From Octopus bimaculoides (lineage: Eukaryota): a stretch of 32,147 nucleotides of DNA. The stretch lies in contig NC_068999.1 in NCBI RefSeq assembly GCF_001194135.2, positions 13,330,071-13,362,217 on the forward strand, in the 5' to 3' direction. This document shows, piece by piece, positions 1 to 12,239 of the stretch. A model generated the notes under the pieces. The model was not told where the DNA came from. It worked only from the letters and a program-made list of their open reading frames with translations, and searched no databases. Each line of letters opens with the position of its first letter. Within the stretch, counting starts at the first letter, position 1. The translations under genes and the position numbers were made by a program.

Positions 1-354
1 TTAAAAAATAGGTACTCTCATTCCAGTTAGGGTTCGATGTTGAAATTAATGTTTCTTTTGTAATTTTATATCTTTTTGTGTTAAGGAAGGCATCATCAAT
101 ATTAGAAATGTTGTGTACGTTGTGGTTGATTATGTTTCGTTATATGTGTGCAACTGAGGCTTTTTTGTCATTTATCGTTGATCATGTAGAGTTAACTAGG
201 TGTGGTTATAATGACGTGGACTGTTTTGGTATTTGGGATTTAGGTTTCTCAGATGAAGACATATTAAATCGTGAGGATATTAATTACAATGTTATTAATA
301 ATCTATTTGATGTTATTTATTATTTGTTTACTCCACACCACGCACCATCGAAAT

Positions 355-475
355 GACACCAAAATTCATCCAGATGGCGTTGCTGAAGTCGCGAACGGTT
401 GTTAACAGCCCTACAACTGTTCGTCATTTCTAGCATTCAGCTTCAGATTGTCCATATAAAACAGATGATATCCTT
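355..475 (-). mobile_element. Short reverse-transcriptase fragment of an R4/Dong-type non-LTR retrotransposon (decayed)
   Basis: Minus-strand translation YHLFYMDNLKLNARNDEQL*, then after a 1-nt frameshift LLTTVRDFSNAIWMNFGV. This matches the HLxYMDDLKLYA...FSxDIxMxFG RT segment of R4/Dong-type LINEs, with the catalytic YMDD changed to YMDN. Confidence 0.75.
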
Positions 476-844
476 ATCATCCACATCTTCATAATCATCG
501 TTGTTAATGTATTTATAATACATATAAAGAGTGGTATCATTAGTTGAAGAAATATGTAATGACGGATTGGAAAGCGCATGGCATAGTTTATCAGGAGATA
601 AGTTTATACACGTTGATGGATATAGCGAAGATGTCTAAAACTATGACGATGATGGGTAATGAAACAGAAAACATTGATAGTCATGACTTTTATTAAATTA
701 TATTACGGTTAAATGACTACAATTTTTATGATATTTACAACTGTAATTAACTACAAGGAAAATCCTTCCGTCATGCGTTAGATGATGATGCACGTACATA
801 TATATGTATACATATATGTATGGTATCTCTGTCCTTACGGTATC

Positions 845-1700
845 TCTACATTCTACGTGTATTTCCTATTTAGTACGGGTAACGTTTATCTATGAAGACG
901 TGCTCTTGTATGTCTCTAAGTGATGGATCTTTTCGATGCTTGGAGAACATGTGGATGTAAGTTCCGCCCAGCGCTCTGTCATGTTGGTCTTTGGCATGTT
1001 AATAGAGTACGGTGGACTGTTTCTTGTCATTTTATTCTTCATGCTTCATTTCTGCGGAATCCGGAATCCTTTTGTTCTTCAAAAGGTAACTCGAGTTTCA
1101 AAACGTTTTTTTCTTTTTGCCTTTTTTCACAAGTCTTCCCGAATCATTTTGATTTCGTCTTTGAACTGTGTTTTAGAATAAACCTGTGCAAGGCTACATC
1201 ATTTTTTTGCATACATATTTGGAATTGTCTTTTGATCCACTTAAACAACGTTTTGTTTTCTTTCTTTAACATTGAGAGGACACTCTGATACATTGACATA
1301 TGCATTATATGTTTTTGTTAAACGCGATGTCATTCTATACATATGTGTATTGTAATCTTCTTTTGATTAACTAATATCCTTCTGCCCCAATCATGCATTT
1401 TGATGTGTATTCCCTTTATTGGATACTATCCGTGTGGAATTACATTTATTTGCTATCCTTAATGTATTGGAAATTTTCTGTGCCTAAGGTGGATAATGAA
1501 TACGGTGATAAAATATCGCTTCCAGTTCTATTCTGATCTAAAGTTGTTTTTTAATATGCTGAACGTTATTCTCCATATTTCTTCCCGATATTTCTGTGAT
1601 GTCATATTGACCTCAACCTAATATGGTTTTCATTAATGTTCCCTCTGCAATTTCCTTTGGTCTTTCGTTCAAATAAATTGTTCTCACGAAATAGCTCTGA
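845..1700 (-). mobile_element. Heavily decayed Penelope-like retroelement (RT C-terminus/thumb plus GIY-YIG C-terminus)
   Basis: Minus-strand pieces, interrupted by stops and frameshifts, in the expected order: WKRYFITVFII (~1520-1490; same spacing as PLE WxRYVDDxFxI); YNTHMYR...SECPLNVK and CSLAQVYSKTQFKDEIKMIREDL (~1350-1130; PLE thumb-like); NDKKQSTVLY*HAKDQH...MFSKHRKDPSLRDIQEHVFIDK/PVLNRK (~1035-860; like the GIY-YIG C-terminal H...E...P.LN segment). It may extend to ~2300. Recognised from memory only. Confidence 0.5.
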
Positions 1701-2355
1701 TTCTCCCTATCGTCATATAAAGCGCGGTTTAGATGATATGAGCTGTTTAAGCTTTTATATATGGACACACCCACATAATTTCTCATACGCACGCATATTA
1801 TATTTATTTATATGTATGTGTACGCAACTGCACACATATATTGATTATTTGGTTTCTTCTTCGTTTTATGATCCATTTTTCGTTAAGTAATGGCAAGGCA
1901 TTTCTTTTCCATCTTATATTATTTTATATAACTCTTGTCGTTTATTTACGTAAAGGTAAGAGATGTATGGCTATTTCAATAAGACAAGCTTCCCTCAAGT
2001 TTACCAACCCTAGTTAATAGATAAGGGATATCAATACATTGATATTTGAGGAGGTTTTTCAGTACTTGAGATTTCGAGTAATATCGTATGCTTATCTATT
2101 ATGGCAGGTACCTTATATGGTATTTGAGTTACTAGTCATCCACGTTAAGTATTATTTTCGGATGTCCTTATATAATTGTGAATACTTTCGTAGGTTTCTT
2201 TTCAAAGTAACGCACGGTTCATTTGTGTTAAGTTTCGTTAATTGCCGAGGTAACAATGCAACGCTTCTTCAATATGTGTGTGTACAACACTGGAATTTTT
2301 AAGTATTTTATTATTATGTAGTTTAATTATCTTTTTCTGTCTGTCTGTATGTCGG

Positions 2356-2368
2356 TCTCTCTCTCTCT

Positions 2369-2413
<45 letters not shown>
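2356..2413. repeat. (CT)n microsatellite
   Basis: Direct reading; one short T-run interruption. Confidence 0.95.
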
Positions 2414-2415
<2 letters not shown>

Positions 2416-2614
2416 ACTTATGTGTCATTTACCTTGTTAACTCTCAGATGGAATACATAATAATTGTACGAAAGTTTGTTATCATTGATTGAAAACACAC
2501 ACCCTTTGAGTTGCTACGTTCCTGCAGTTGAAGGAAAAGATATTTTCCTATTGTTTGTTATATTCTGACAGCTAGGTATGCTTAGGGTAGAGCGTTTTGC
2601 ATATCCACTTGTAT

Positions 2615-2927
2615 ATATTCTTCGTTTGCGCCCTTTTCAAGCCTAGCCAGGCTCATATGCCCGGTTTCCCGGGTTCTGCGGCGTATGTGTTCCCCCCAGC
2701 TGGATGGTCGCCAGGCCATCGCAGCATTACTCAAGAAACAGGAAGAAGGAGTGAGAGAAAGTTGGGGCGAAAGAGTACAACATGGGTCGTCACCACCCCG
2801 TGCCGGAGCCTCGTGGAGCTTTAGATGTTTTCGCTCAATAAACACACATCGCCCGGCCTAGGAATCGAAACCGCGATCCTCCGACCTCTAGTCCGCTGCT
2901 CTAGTCACTGGGCCATTGCTCCTTCAC
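2615..2927 (-). mobile_element. tRNA-derived SINE, family B, copy 1 (tail type 1)
   Basis: Minus-strand head gtgaaggagcaatggcccagtgactag...ggtttcgattcc with A-box-like TGGCCCAGTGA and B-box-like GGTTTCGATTCC. 2734-2927 aligns by eye with 9304-9499. Confidence 0.85.
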
Positions 2928-3324
2928 TCTTATATATATTACTTTTATCTTAACGAGTATATAGTTCCTTCTCTTAATTATCTGAACTTCATTCGTTTAA
3001 TGCAAGATAGTTTCACTCACCTAAAATATTCCAAACCTCTTTGTAATGTAATACATTTTGTCCAAAGTGTTAATTATTTCATCTTAATTCAGAATTAAAT
3101 TATAAGAAAACTGTAATTGTCTTTGTTCGGTAGTTAGGAAGGACACGGTCAATGAACGGATTTGGATGAAGGAATTTGAGATCAATAATCATATTTCATT
3201 AAATGTGACAATGTTGTATTGAAAGTGGTCGTGTCTTAAATGCAGGCCTTCCAGAAACTATACGACATAAGTGCATAACTGAATCACACATTATCATACG
3301 ACACAGATGTTTCAGGTGCCAATT

Positions 3325-3327
<3 letters not shown>

Positions 3328-3357
<30 letters not shown>
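3328..3357. repeat. (TA)n microsatellite
   Basis: Direct reading. Confidence 0.95.
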
Positions 3358-3363
<6 letters not shown>

Positions 3364-3914
3364 CTTACAAACATACAAACATATAACGAAAGCCCGCTGG
3401 CACAGACATATGCACACACACACACGCTCACACACCGGTATGATATTCATCCTGTAACGCATGTAATATATATGAATTACTGTGTTCGTGAATAAATGTG
3501 TATAAGATATAATAAATATTTATTTTTCAACCTTGCCTCTTTGTATACTCAATTTGAGACGGGTGACGTCTATGTTTATATTTTACGTGCAATTTCTATA
3601 TATTATTTAGTGTTTAACTATTTTCTAACAGGCTTTATGTTCATCAGTACTTTGTTTATGTTTGAATTGCACTTTTACGTTGGTTTGCATTGTTGATTCA
3701 CTTAGATTTCCAATACGTTTTAATCAAGAAAACGACGTAATTTAATTAATATGTCCATTTATGCTAAGAGGCACATCAAGTAGAATTCTCGCTTTCTGTT
3801 TGGTGTATGTATGAGGACATACATTATTTAGGTAGAAATGGCTTCGCATACTTTCGCTGTTCTGAGGATTAATTTAAGGGATATAAACGTCCATATATAC
3901 ATATATTGCTTGAA

Positions 3915-5960
3915 ATATACAGGCCTATTGATTGCCTAACCATAATGTATAGACAGTACACAAGATACCACAACCGATTCTTTGAAGATCATTGTGACTC
4001 CAGCAACGTAAAAACTGATTAGCAGGCCAACACCGGAAATAAGCGTGTGTAGGAATATACGGAAAACCTTTTGATGGAAGTAGATGTACTGTCTGAGTAA
4101 CAGAAACTATCGCAAGAGACTTACGCCGGATTGGGGTGATCATAGAAAGTCATTTTGACTCTATAACCATGGCACGGGTGCTGAAGTATCTTCATTTGGC
4201 AAGTGAGACTGCTATCTTAATTGCTGCCAGAGAAAGTCTCACTAAAACCTGAGCGTCAATTCTCACACTTAGAAATGAGAATGGAACAATAATCCCCAGT
4301 GCTATAAATATTTCAAAGGGAATATTCCAAGGAGATAGGCTCTATATTTCTGTTCATTTTGGCGATAAATCCATTAGCATCCCTGCTACAAAAATCAAAT
4401 GGATACAAGTTAGGGTCTGCAACTTCTAGAGATGCTAATGTGAAACATGATTTCATTATGCATAACTACAGCATTTACGCTAAAAATGTTAGCAATGTAA
4501 AAAAGCAGCGGCAATTAAAAACAACGTCTTAATATGATGTAGGAAAGGAAATTAGCCCAAAGAAATGTTCATATTAGATTGTTGAAGAGGAAAGATAAGT
4601 CCCTAAAACAGAGATCCTGTGCATTAATTGTCCTACTCTCTATGCAAGTACTGTTACAAATGCCTAGACGTTGATGATACCTGGGATACGTGACTAGATT
4701 TTAGCAGAGATTCAAACCACAGACATTGTATCCCGCCAGATACGAACACCAACTGGAAATCTCCAAGGATATAGTGATGACAATTAGCTCTACCTATGAA
4801 GAGATAAGGGAGATAGAAGCTTCTTCGCAGTGCAACCAGCCCTCGAATGTCAAACTGATTCTCTCGTGCGACACTTGTTAGACAACACCAGAAAGAATAA
4901 ATACACTAAACTAATGCTGCAAAGTGAAGAAACAATATCCCACGATTCGGAATCGGGCTCCTGCAGAAGTACTCTCTTCGTAAGGACCTCACATACATCA
5001 ACAAAGCAGACAGATATACATATTTTGAAGAAGACCTGGAGGTGAAACTTTCAGTATAACCTAACATAGCTTGCATGGGTATGTTTCGCGAAGATTTGAC
5101 GAAGGCCGTAACATTGACATGAAGCGGCGTCTCTCTTGGACTAGTTATAGGTACATCACATCACATTTGCAAGGCTACACATTTACAATCCGATAACAGG
5201 CGATTGCTACTAAATAATTAATAAGCAAAAACAGAAAATGAAGCGCTTGGGGATGCATGATGCAAGCGAATATGTAGATTATGTCAAGTTTCTGTGGAAT
5301 ACATCGCATAAATGGTTAACTGTTGCCCTAAAATGCCATAATGGTACTACCACCCTATGAGACACAATACTGTAGCAGAAAGCAATGTACAATGCCACCT
5401 GGAAAAGAAATACAGTCATATACTGATAATAGAGGATCACTCTGTTATTCAATACTTACACAAATATCAACAAACATTGTAATACTGATGGAACATTACC
5501 TTCAGATCATCTCACGAATGTAAGCATAACAGGCCAGATATTGTGGTTTGTGACAGACAACAAATGTATGTACTGCCATAGAGGTCAACCCTCCCTGCTG
5601 ATATAGATATCTGTTTGAGAAATCAAAGGTAAAGGATATAACTTTACACAACTGCTTCGAAACATATAGCTTCCATACACGGATTACAAATTCACATTTA
5701 TACCTAAATAATTGTTGCACTTGGATTTATAAGTAAATGCCTGTCAGCCTGGATAAGCTTCAATTTTCAGAAGAAAGGATCAATCAACTGTCTCACACAT
5801 CACATATACAATTTGTAAGCGGAATTGTAAACTTATACAAGACTTTTCTCAGGTTTAACATGTAACTTCGCTTTCAGTGGCACACTAATAGACATACACC
5901 CAACGTCTAAGCCGTTACATAGATACACATATAAGGTGGTGCTCCTGCGTGTCCACAGAC
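3915..5960 (+). mobile_element. 5'-truncated, decayed R4/Dong-type LINE (RT, CCHC knuckle, restriction-like endonuclease)
   Basis: Plus-strand motifs in the correct order with many stops and frameshifts: RPIDCLTIMY (3921); DHRKSF/DSI (~4138); KGIFQGD (4316-4336); CRLCQVSVEYIA*MVNCCPKM...RHNTVA zinc knuckle (~5275-5380); ECKHNRPDIVVCDR (5516-5557, PD-(D/E)xK RLE); terminal SGIVNLYKTFLRFNM* (stop 5865); then a short 3' UTR and (TA)n. Confidence 0.88.
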
Positions 5961-6120
5961 ATATATATATATATATATATATGCATATATATATAGTGAC
6001 AAAGAGAGAAAGGGGGAGATATACACACGCGCACGCGCACATACTGCTACTAACTAGTTCTTGTACTTGTGGGTAATACATTGAATGTTTCTCAACTGCA
6101 CTTTCATGTATGCTTTCATA

Positions 6121-6304
6121 ATGGTTTCAAATTTCGGCCCAGGGGCAGTCATTTCGGGGAGTGACAATTGGATTCCATCGACATCGGTATTCAACTGGTG
6201 CTTATTGTATCGACACCGAAGGGATTAACGCAAAGTCGACCCCGGCAAAATGTAGATTACCATCTCTGACCGGTTTACTAATAATTCTGGCAGCTCACCG
6301 CCTC
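6121..6304 (-). mobile_element. tRNA-derived SINE, family A (internally deleted copy)
   Basis: Minus strand starts ggaggcggtgagctgccagaa and contains gtcgactttgcg...ttcggtgtcgata...agcaccagttg...gtcgat, shared with the neighbouring copies. Confidence 0.75.
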
Positions 6305-6386
6305 CATGCATTTTCTCACAATAATAGCCAAATATTTGAATAGTGTGAATTAAAGAACGAAATTAGAATGATTCTAATTAATGAAT

Positions 6387-6602
6387 ATTCTTTACTACTC
6401 TAGGCACAAGGCCAGAAATATTTGGGGAGGGAGCCTGTCGATTAGATCGACTCCAGTACGCAACTTGTGCACAATTTATCGAAGACGAAAGGATGAAAGG
6501 CAAAGTCGACCTCGGCGGAATTTGAACTCAGAACGTAAAGACAGACGAAATAACGCTAAATATTTCGCCCATCATGCTAATGCTTCTGCCAGGTGGCGCC
6601 TT
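6387..6602 (-). mobile_element. tRNA-derived SINE, family A (near full length)
   Basis: Minus strand aaggcgccacctggcagaagcattagc...ttctgagttcaaattccgccgaggtcgactttgcctttcatcctttcg...gcgtactggagtcgatctaatcgac...ccttgtgcctaagagtagtaaagaat. B-box GAGTTCAAATTC. Confidence 0.88.
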
Positions 6603-6617
6603 ATAGATATTGAACGT

Positions 6618-6800
6618 TATTTTCTACTCTAGGCAAAAAGCCTGAGATTTTTGGGAAGGAGGGCTCATCGATTAGGTCGACCCTAGTACGCAACTGGTAC
6701 TCAAATTATGGAGCCGGGAAGGGATGAATGGCCAGTCGACCCCGGCGGAATTTGAACTCAGAACATAACGATAGACCAAATACTGTAAAGCATTTGGCCG
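6618..6800 (-). mobile_element. tRNA-derived SINE, family A (5'-truncated)
   Basis: Aligns by eye with 6387-6570: ctgagttcaaattccgccggggtcgac...gtaccagttgcgtactagggtcgacctaatcgatg...ttgcctagagtagaaaat. Confidence 0.85.
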
Positions 6801-7752
6801 CATTTAATTAATGAATATCATTATACTTTTATCTAGTCTATTTCCCTTTAATTACGGTTTTAATAGTTACTATCATCTTTATAATTAGCATTACGTCGCT
6901 AATTAAAGCTATATAGTTTAATTAGCCCGTTTCAATCTTGGTATTATTATTAACAGTATATTTATTCTCGGTTTGCATGTACTTTTATTTTGATACACAT
7001 CATAATATGATTTCATTATACCACATCCCCATAGATATAAAATTGTGGATGTATTGAAAACAAGATTCCCACACAACTTCTACAATTGTATGTACCACAA
7101 CATTCTCGGGGATAAAATGTCAGAGTTTGAAATTGGGTAGAATTAATCCTACAAATACAAAACTGTCTTTGTCTATACACACACATGCACACACACACAC
7201 ATACACTTACACATACACAGACACATACATGTGTATGTATATCTAAATATTATTAGTTGTAAGCGTATTTCATGACATGTAATGTGATTTCCGGCTTTTG
7301 GCAATCTTAATGTGGGATCCAGAGTTGCTTCTCAGCGACCACTGATTACATGATGTGTACGGATAATGCATCTCCAACGAGGATCAACCAAAATTGATTG
7401 AATAAATATTAAAATATGATATCTCAACAAATTTCCCCCTATTATAATACATAATATGACATACGTAACTAACAGTAATTTCTGCCAGAAAGAAGTGCAC
7501 GTAACAAGAACAGCTGCAATTCAACTCGTTTTATTTGATGCATTTTAAAGCAAGTATTGCAGTCTGAATGTGTCGCACAACAGAAGTTATAGCAAAAAGT
7601 ATATATCGTGTGCAATATTATTCGGAATTACAATAGTAATAATATATTAAATAATTCTGAACAATATCCAATTCGGACTCTTTTCGGGGTCAAATAAGTG
7701 CATAAAATTAGAGCTACATTTACAATTGCCTAAACATTGTAACAAAGATATA

Positions 7753-7972
7753 CAGTAATCGCTCAACTGTTGCGGGTGTTACGTTCCATAACTCCCTTAG
7801 ATAGCCGAAAATTCGTGAACTAGATAGAACAGTATTGTATATTTCTAAAATTATTTTTATAATTTGTATATATCTCTTTTATTATAAATACAAAACAACA
7901 CTACAGAGGAATCGATGTAAGCTTAAATAATAAGCCGTAATAAGTGGAACTTGAAATTATGGGGGATTGCTG
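7753..7972. mobile_element. pogo/Tigger-like MITE (Tc1/mariner superfamily), ~220 bp
   Basis: TA at 7751-7752 and 7973-7974 (candidate target-site duplication). Left end CAGTAATCGCTC versus reverse complement of right end CAGCAATCCCCC (9/12 match). TA|CAG termini are typical of pogo/Tigger elements. Confidence 0.6.
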
Positions 7973-9109
7973 TACTGCACATTTTGTAGTGTGTAATTCT
8001 GGTATGGATAGTTCTATAAATGTTATCATGCCATTTCCTGTTCTCGATTCGGTTCTCGATTCGAAATGTGGTGCTCAGTTGTTTTTGAAGAGAAAGGGAT
8101 TGATGTGACAAGAATTCCTATTCTGCATTCTATATCAACTAGAAAATGGTACAAGCGCAAACAATGAATTAGCACGGAATTCTTATGACGATACCCATAC
8201 TTGAATCAGCAAACGACTTTGCACCATTAATCCAGTCAGCATTTTCTCCAAATTCATTAATGGTTCATCTTTCTCAAAAGGTTTCAGCGTGGTTGTATAT
8301 TTAAATGTGAAGTTAAATAATTATATCATAACTTAATATTGTTATATATTTATGAGTTGGCAAATGTCACTCGAGAACTTTACAGTTTACGAGGGCTTCA
8401 TACGTTTTCAAACTCAAACTAGAGAAAGAGAAAAATTAAATAATGTGATATATGAATACACATATTTATCAATTGTTGTGCACCTAGCTAATTCTTAATC
8501 ACGCATTCTAGTGCCACATAATACGGAAGTAGATATATGTGGGTACATAAGATGTCTTATCTTTCCTACACATAAACACAAACTGATATCTCAAAACGTT
8601 CGTCCATTTACAATGGAATTTGAATACTTCTTCAGTACTTTCAGTTCCTTCGTCTACCATGAAACCTGTTTCACCTCCAGCCCCCATGTATAAGAAACTG
8701 TATTGTTATTCTAGCATAAGGAAAACGGCAGATTGGCCTTCATTCTCCACTTTACACTTGATGTCAATCACATCACCTGTAAGGTGATGTCCCTCTAGTC
8801 AGCAACGCTTGATTAATATCGATTTCGTAGTCTGCATATATTTCGATCAGTCGGAGACCCCAGGCGAGGTTATCCCAAACAAGTAATTCTCACAGGTATC
8901 ACTGTTGAAGATCCTGCAAGATAAACAAGCCAGTAGTATCTGAAAATATATTCACGTCTATATACATCCATGTTTATGTATGAATTTCTTGATTTCATAA
9001 ATGTGCGATTGCATCTCTGTACGTGCATGGGCATTTATATCTATGTTCTCTTACATAGGTGTCTTCGCTTCAAACGTATGTCTGTATGCATTTATTTATT
9101 CGCATAAAT

Positions 9110-9499
9110 ATTGTTGTTGTTGGCACTCCGTCGCTTACGACGTCGAGGGTTCCAGTCTATCCGATCAACGGAACAGCCTGCTCGTGAAATTAACGTGCAA
9201 GTGGCTGAGCGCTCCACAGACACGTGTACCCTTTACGTAGTTCTCGGGGATATTCAGTGGGACACAGTGTGACAAGGCGGACCCTTTGAAATACAGGCAC
9301 AACAGAAACAGGAAGTAAGAGTGAGAGAAAGTTGTGGTGAAAGAGTACAGCACAGATCGCCACCATCCCCTGCCGGAGCCTCGTGGAGCTTTAGGTGTTT
9401 TCACTCAATAAACACTCACAACGCCCGGTCTGGGAATCGAAACCGCGATCCTATGACCGCGAGTCCACTGCCCTAACCACTGGGCCAGTGCGCCTCCAC
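9110..9499 (-). mobile_element. tRNA-derived SINE, family B, copy 2 (tail type 2, ends in (CAA)n)
   Basis: Minus-strand head gtggaggcgcactggcccagtggttagggcagtggactcgcggtcataggatcgcggtttcgattcccagaccgggcg with A box TGGCCCAGTGG and B box GGTTTCGATTCC. 3' end ...gacggagtgccaacaacaacaa. Confidence 0.88.
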
Positions 9500-10937
9500 A
9501 CCCATAAATATACATATAACGGAAATTTAGGTGAGTGAAAAGTATTTGATTAAATAAAGTACTTACTTATTCCTATTATTTTGTATGTAACTAGTGAATT
9601 ATTGACCGGTATATAATTAGAGAGATACAAGTTTTCTTGTTTCCGTAAACAGTTATCATCACATGCCATTCACGATTTCACGCTGTAACTGTCTGATTAA
9701 AGCATACATCATAATATCCTATTCAAGAGTGTCTAATTATTATAGAATTACAAGTACACGTGCACATATATTATATCCACATTACAAAATATTGAAAATA
9801 TTGACTCTATAAATAATTTCTCCCTATATTTTTCATGAAGCCAAATATAACAATTTTCTATAACTTTATTCACTAACTTTTCGGAAGAATTCAGTTACAT
9901 AACTTATAATTGAATATCTATTCTTGAACGTATATAATGAACATGAGAATTCTATGCAGAACACACAAATTATTCAAGTATAGTTTTGGCATAGTTATTG
10001 TGGTGTAACGAAGAAATCGGTCTGGAAATTTACTGTGTAGTGATGTATATTGATTGCTATATCAGCGTTGATATATAACGTCACTGTATTTGATGAAAGG
10101 GGTGCGTTGATAGACATGATAACCAAGCGTAAAAATTCTATTTCTTACAAATTATGCAACACATCTTTCGTTCAGTACCTTCAATGGAAACTGTTGTAAC
10201 GTGGGATTATTATTCAATTTTCTTTGGTTTTTGGTTCTACAAATATTTTCTATTTTCTAGGTATGATATCATTTGTAATATAAATTGACATTTCGAAAAC
10301 GAAAATTAATCATGAATACAGATTTGAAATGAACAGGAAAACAAATAAATACATATTTGATAAGTTCCCTAAACACCAAAAAGTGCTTATATAATATATA
10401 TTTCGCCATATATCTGGGAATAATTATACATTGGAAATCATTTGATGTATATCCCATTCGTATGTTGCCTCAACAGAAAATTGTGAAATTTCATCTTCCT
10501 TAATATATAAAAACACCCGAATTTCTCACAATATTTTGATATCAGTTTCTACACATATCATTCAAATATAATAGCTATAAATAATGCGGACGAAATGTTG
10601 AAAGCCATTTTAAAATATTTTGAGGGAATAAGTAATCACGGATCCTTAAGTTGCATGGATTATAAAGGTCACAGTTGTAATGAATGATATCGGGAAATAA
10701 TTATTGGAGTTGATTTAAATATTACATGTATAGTGAAATTGTGCATTATAGAGCATTTCGTACGTCTTTCATAAATTCCAGTTCCAGAACGCATAAATTT
10801 CAAAGCACTTCACGCACACACATATAGACACACACGTATATACATATCTATCTATCCGTCTGCCTATCTATAAGTTTACCTACCTATCTATATATCTATC
10901 TATCTATCTATCTATATATATATATATATATATATAT

Positions 10938-11116
10938 NNNNNNNNNNNNNNNNNNNNNNNNNNNNNNNNNNNNNNNNNNNNNNNNNNNNNNNNNNNNNNN
11001 NNNNNNNNNNNNNNNNNNNNNNNNNNNNNNNNNNNNNNNNNNNNNNNNNNNNNNNNNNNNNNNNNNNNNNNNNNNNNNNNNNNNNNNNNNNNNNNNNNNN
11101 NNNNNNNNNNNNNNNN
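10938..11116. other. Assembly gap flanked by (TA)n and (TC)n
   Basis: N-run. (TCTA)n/(TA)n lies on the left (~10845-10937) and (TC)n on the right (11117-11180). Confidence 0.97.
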
Positions 11117-11184
<68 letters not shown>

Positions 11185-12239
11185 TCTTTCTATCAGTCTC
11201 TGTTTCTGTATCCCTCTGTCTCTCTGTTTCTGCAATAAATGAGGCCTCTCCCTTGAGAGTTATATACTGCAGCACTTTTGCCTTTCACCACATACGAAAA
11301 TGAACAGTCCAGTCATGAGCAGTTATAATTTTATATGAATATATGTGCCATCTACTAGACAAGATAACTTATAAGTTTAAGTCACAACAACATAGTCAAA
11401 TTGCATTTAAAACTTGACAAAGGTTTCGAGATATCTGTTTGTGTATATGTATATGCATGATTACATATCCCTTTAGGAAAGATGAGAAGTTTTATGTACC
11501 CACATAGAAATAACAAGGTACACAACAACTCTGTGTATTCATATATCACTATTTAATTTTTCTCTTTTGCTCGTTTGCATTAATGATGAGGTGGAGGCGA
11601 GATCCAAAGTACGACCGCTATAGATATGTTTATGACAGTTTGACGATAACCCAACACAGTCTTTGTTAATTAAACATTATTGATAGAGGAGTTTCTTCTT
11701 GCCTGCAACAAAGGAGAACCTAATTTTAAAAACTAATTTGCTACCATTTTACGAACGTGTAAGTGAGAACTATCATGCAGTATACAAAAAGTAATTCACA
11801 ACATAGGCAGGCATTGTCAAATACCAGCTTTAATTTTGGCGAATTAGAAAGCCAAATTAATATATAAATAGTAGATAGCGTCGCTACAGGATAAGAAATG
11901 ATTTTTTTTACTGAACACTCAACAGTTCCATATTTTTTTTCCCCTTAAGGTTTTAATGCGTTTGTTATTTTTTTTCTAAACTGTATTCAATTATTCCACC
12001 TATAATTATAGGTGTGATATGTATATTATATAAAGTGAAATCGAAGTTTAACTGTTGGATTAGAGATATAACTAAATTATTTATATTATATATTTATCTC
12101 CCTGATAATGAAAATAACGGGTCATATCTAGAAGTGTATATTACATTCTCTGATGTTACTTGTTATCACACAGTTTGCTAATGGTGTGCATATGTCATTC
12201 GCGCACACAGTATATATATATATATATATATATATATAT

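Noticed and set aside
1-250. Minus frame ASVAHI*RNIINHNVHNISNIDD...KITKETLISTSNPNWN, vaguely like a PLE GIY-YIG tail
   Set aside because: Similarity is too loose to call without an alignment.
636-690. actATGACGA...GAAAAC...atagt as a possible second hammerhead family
   Set aside because: Core C3 is missing and no stem II can be drawn.
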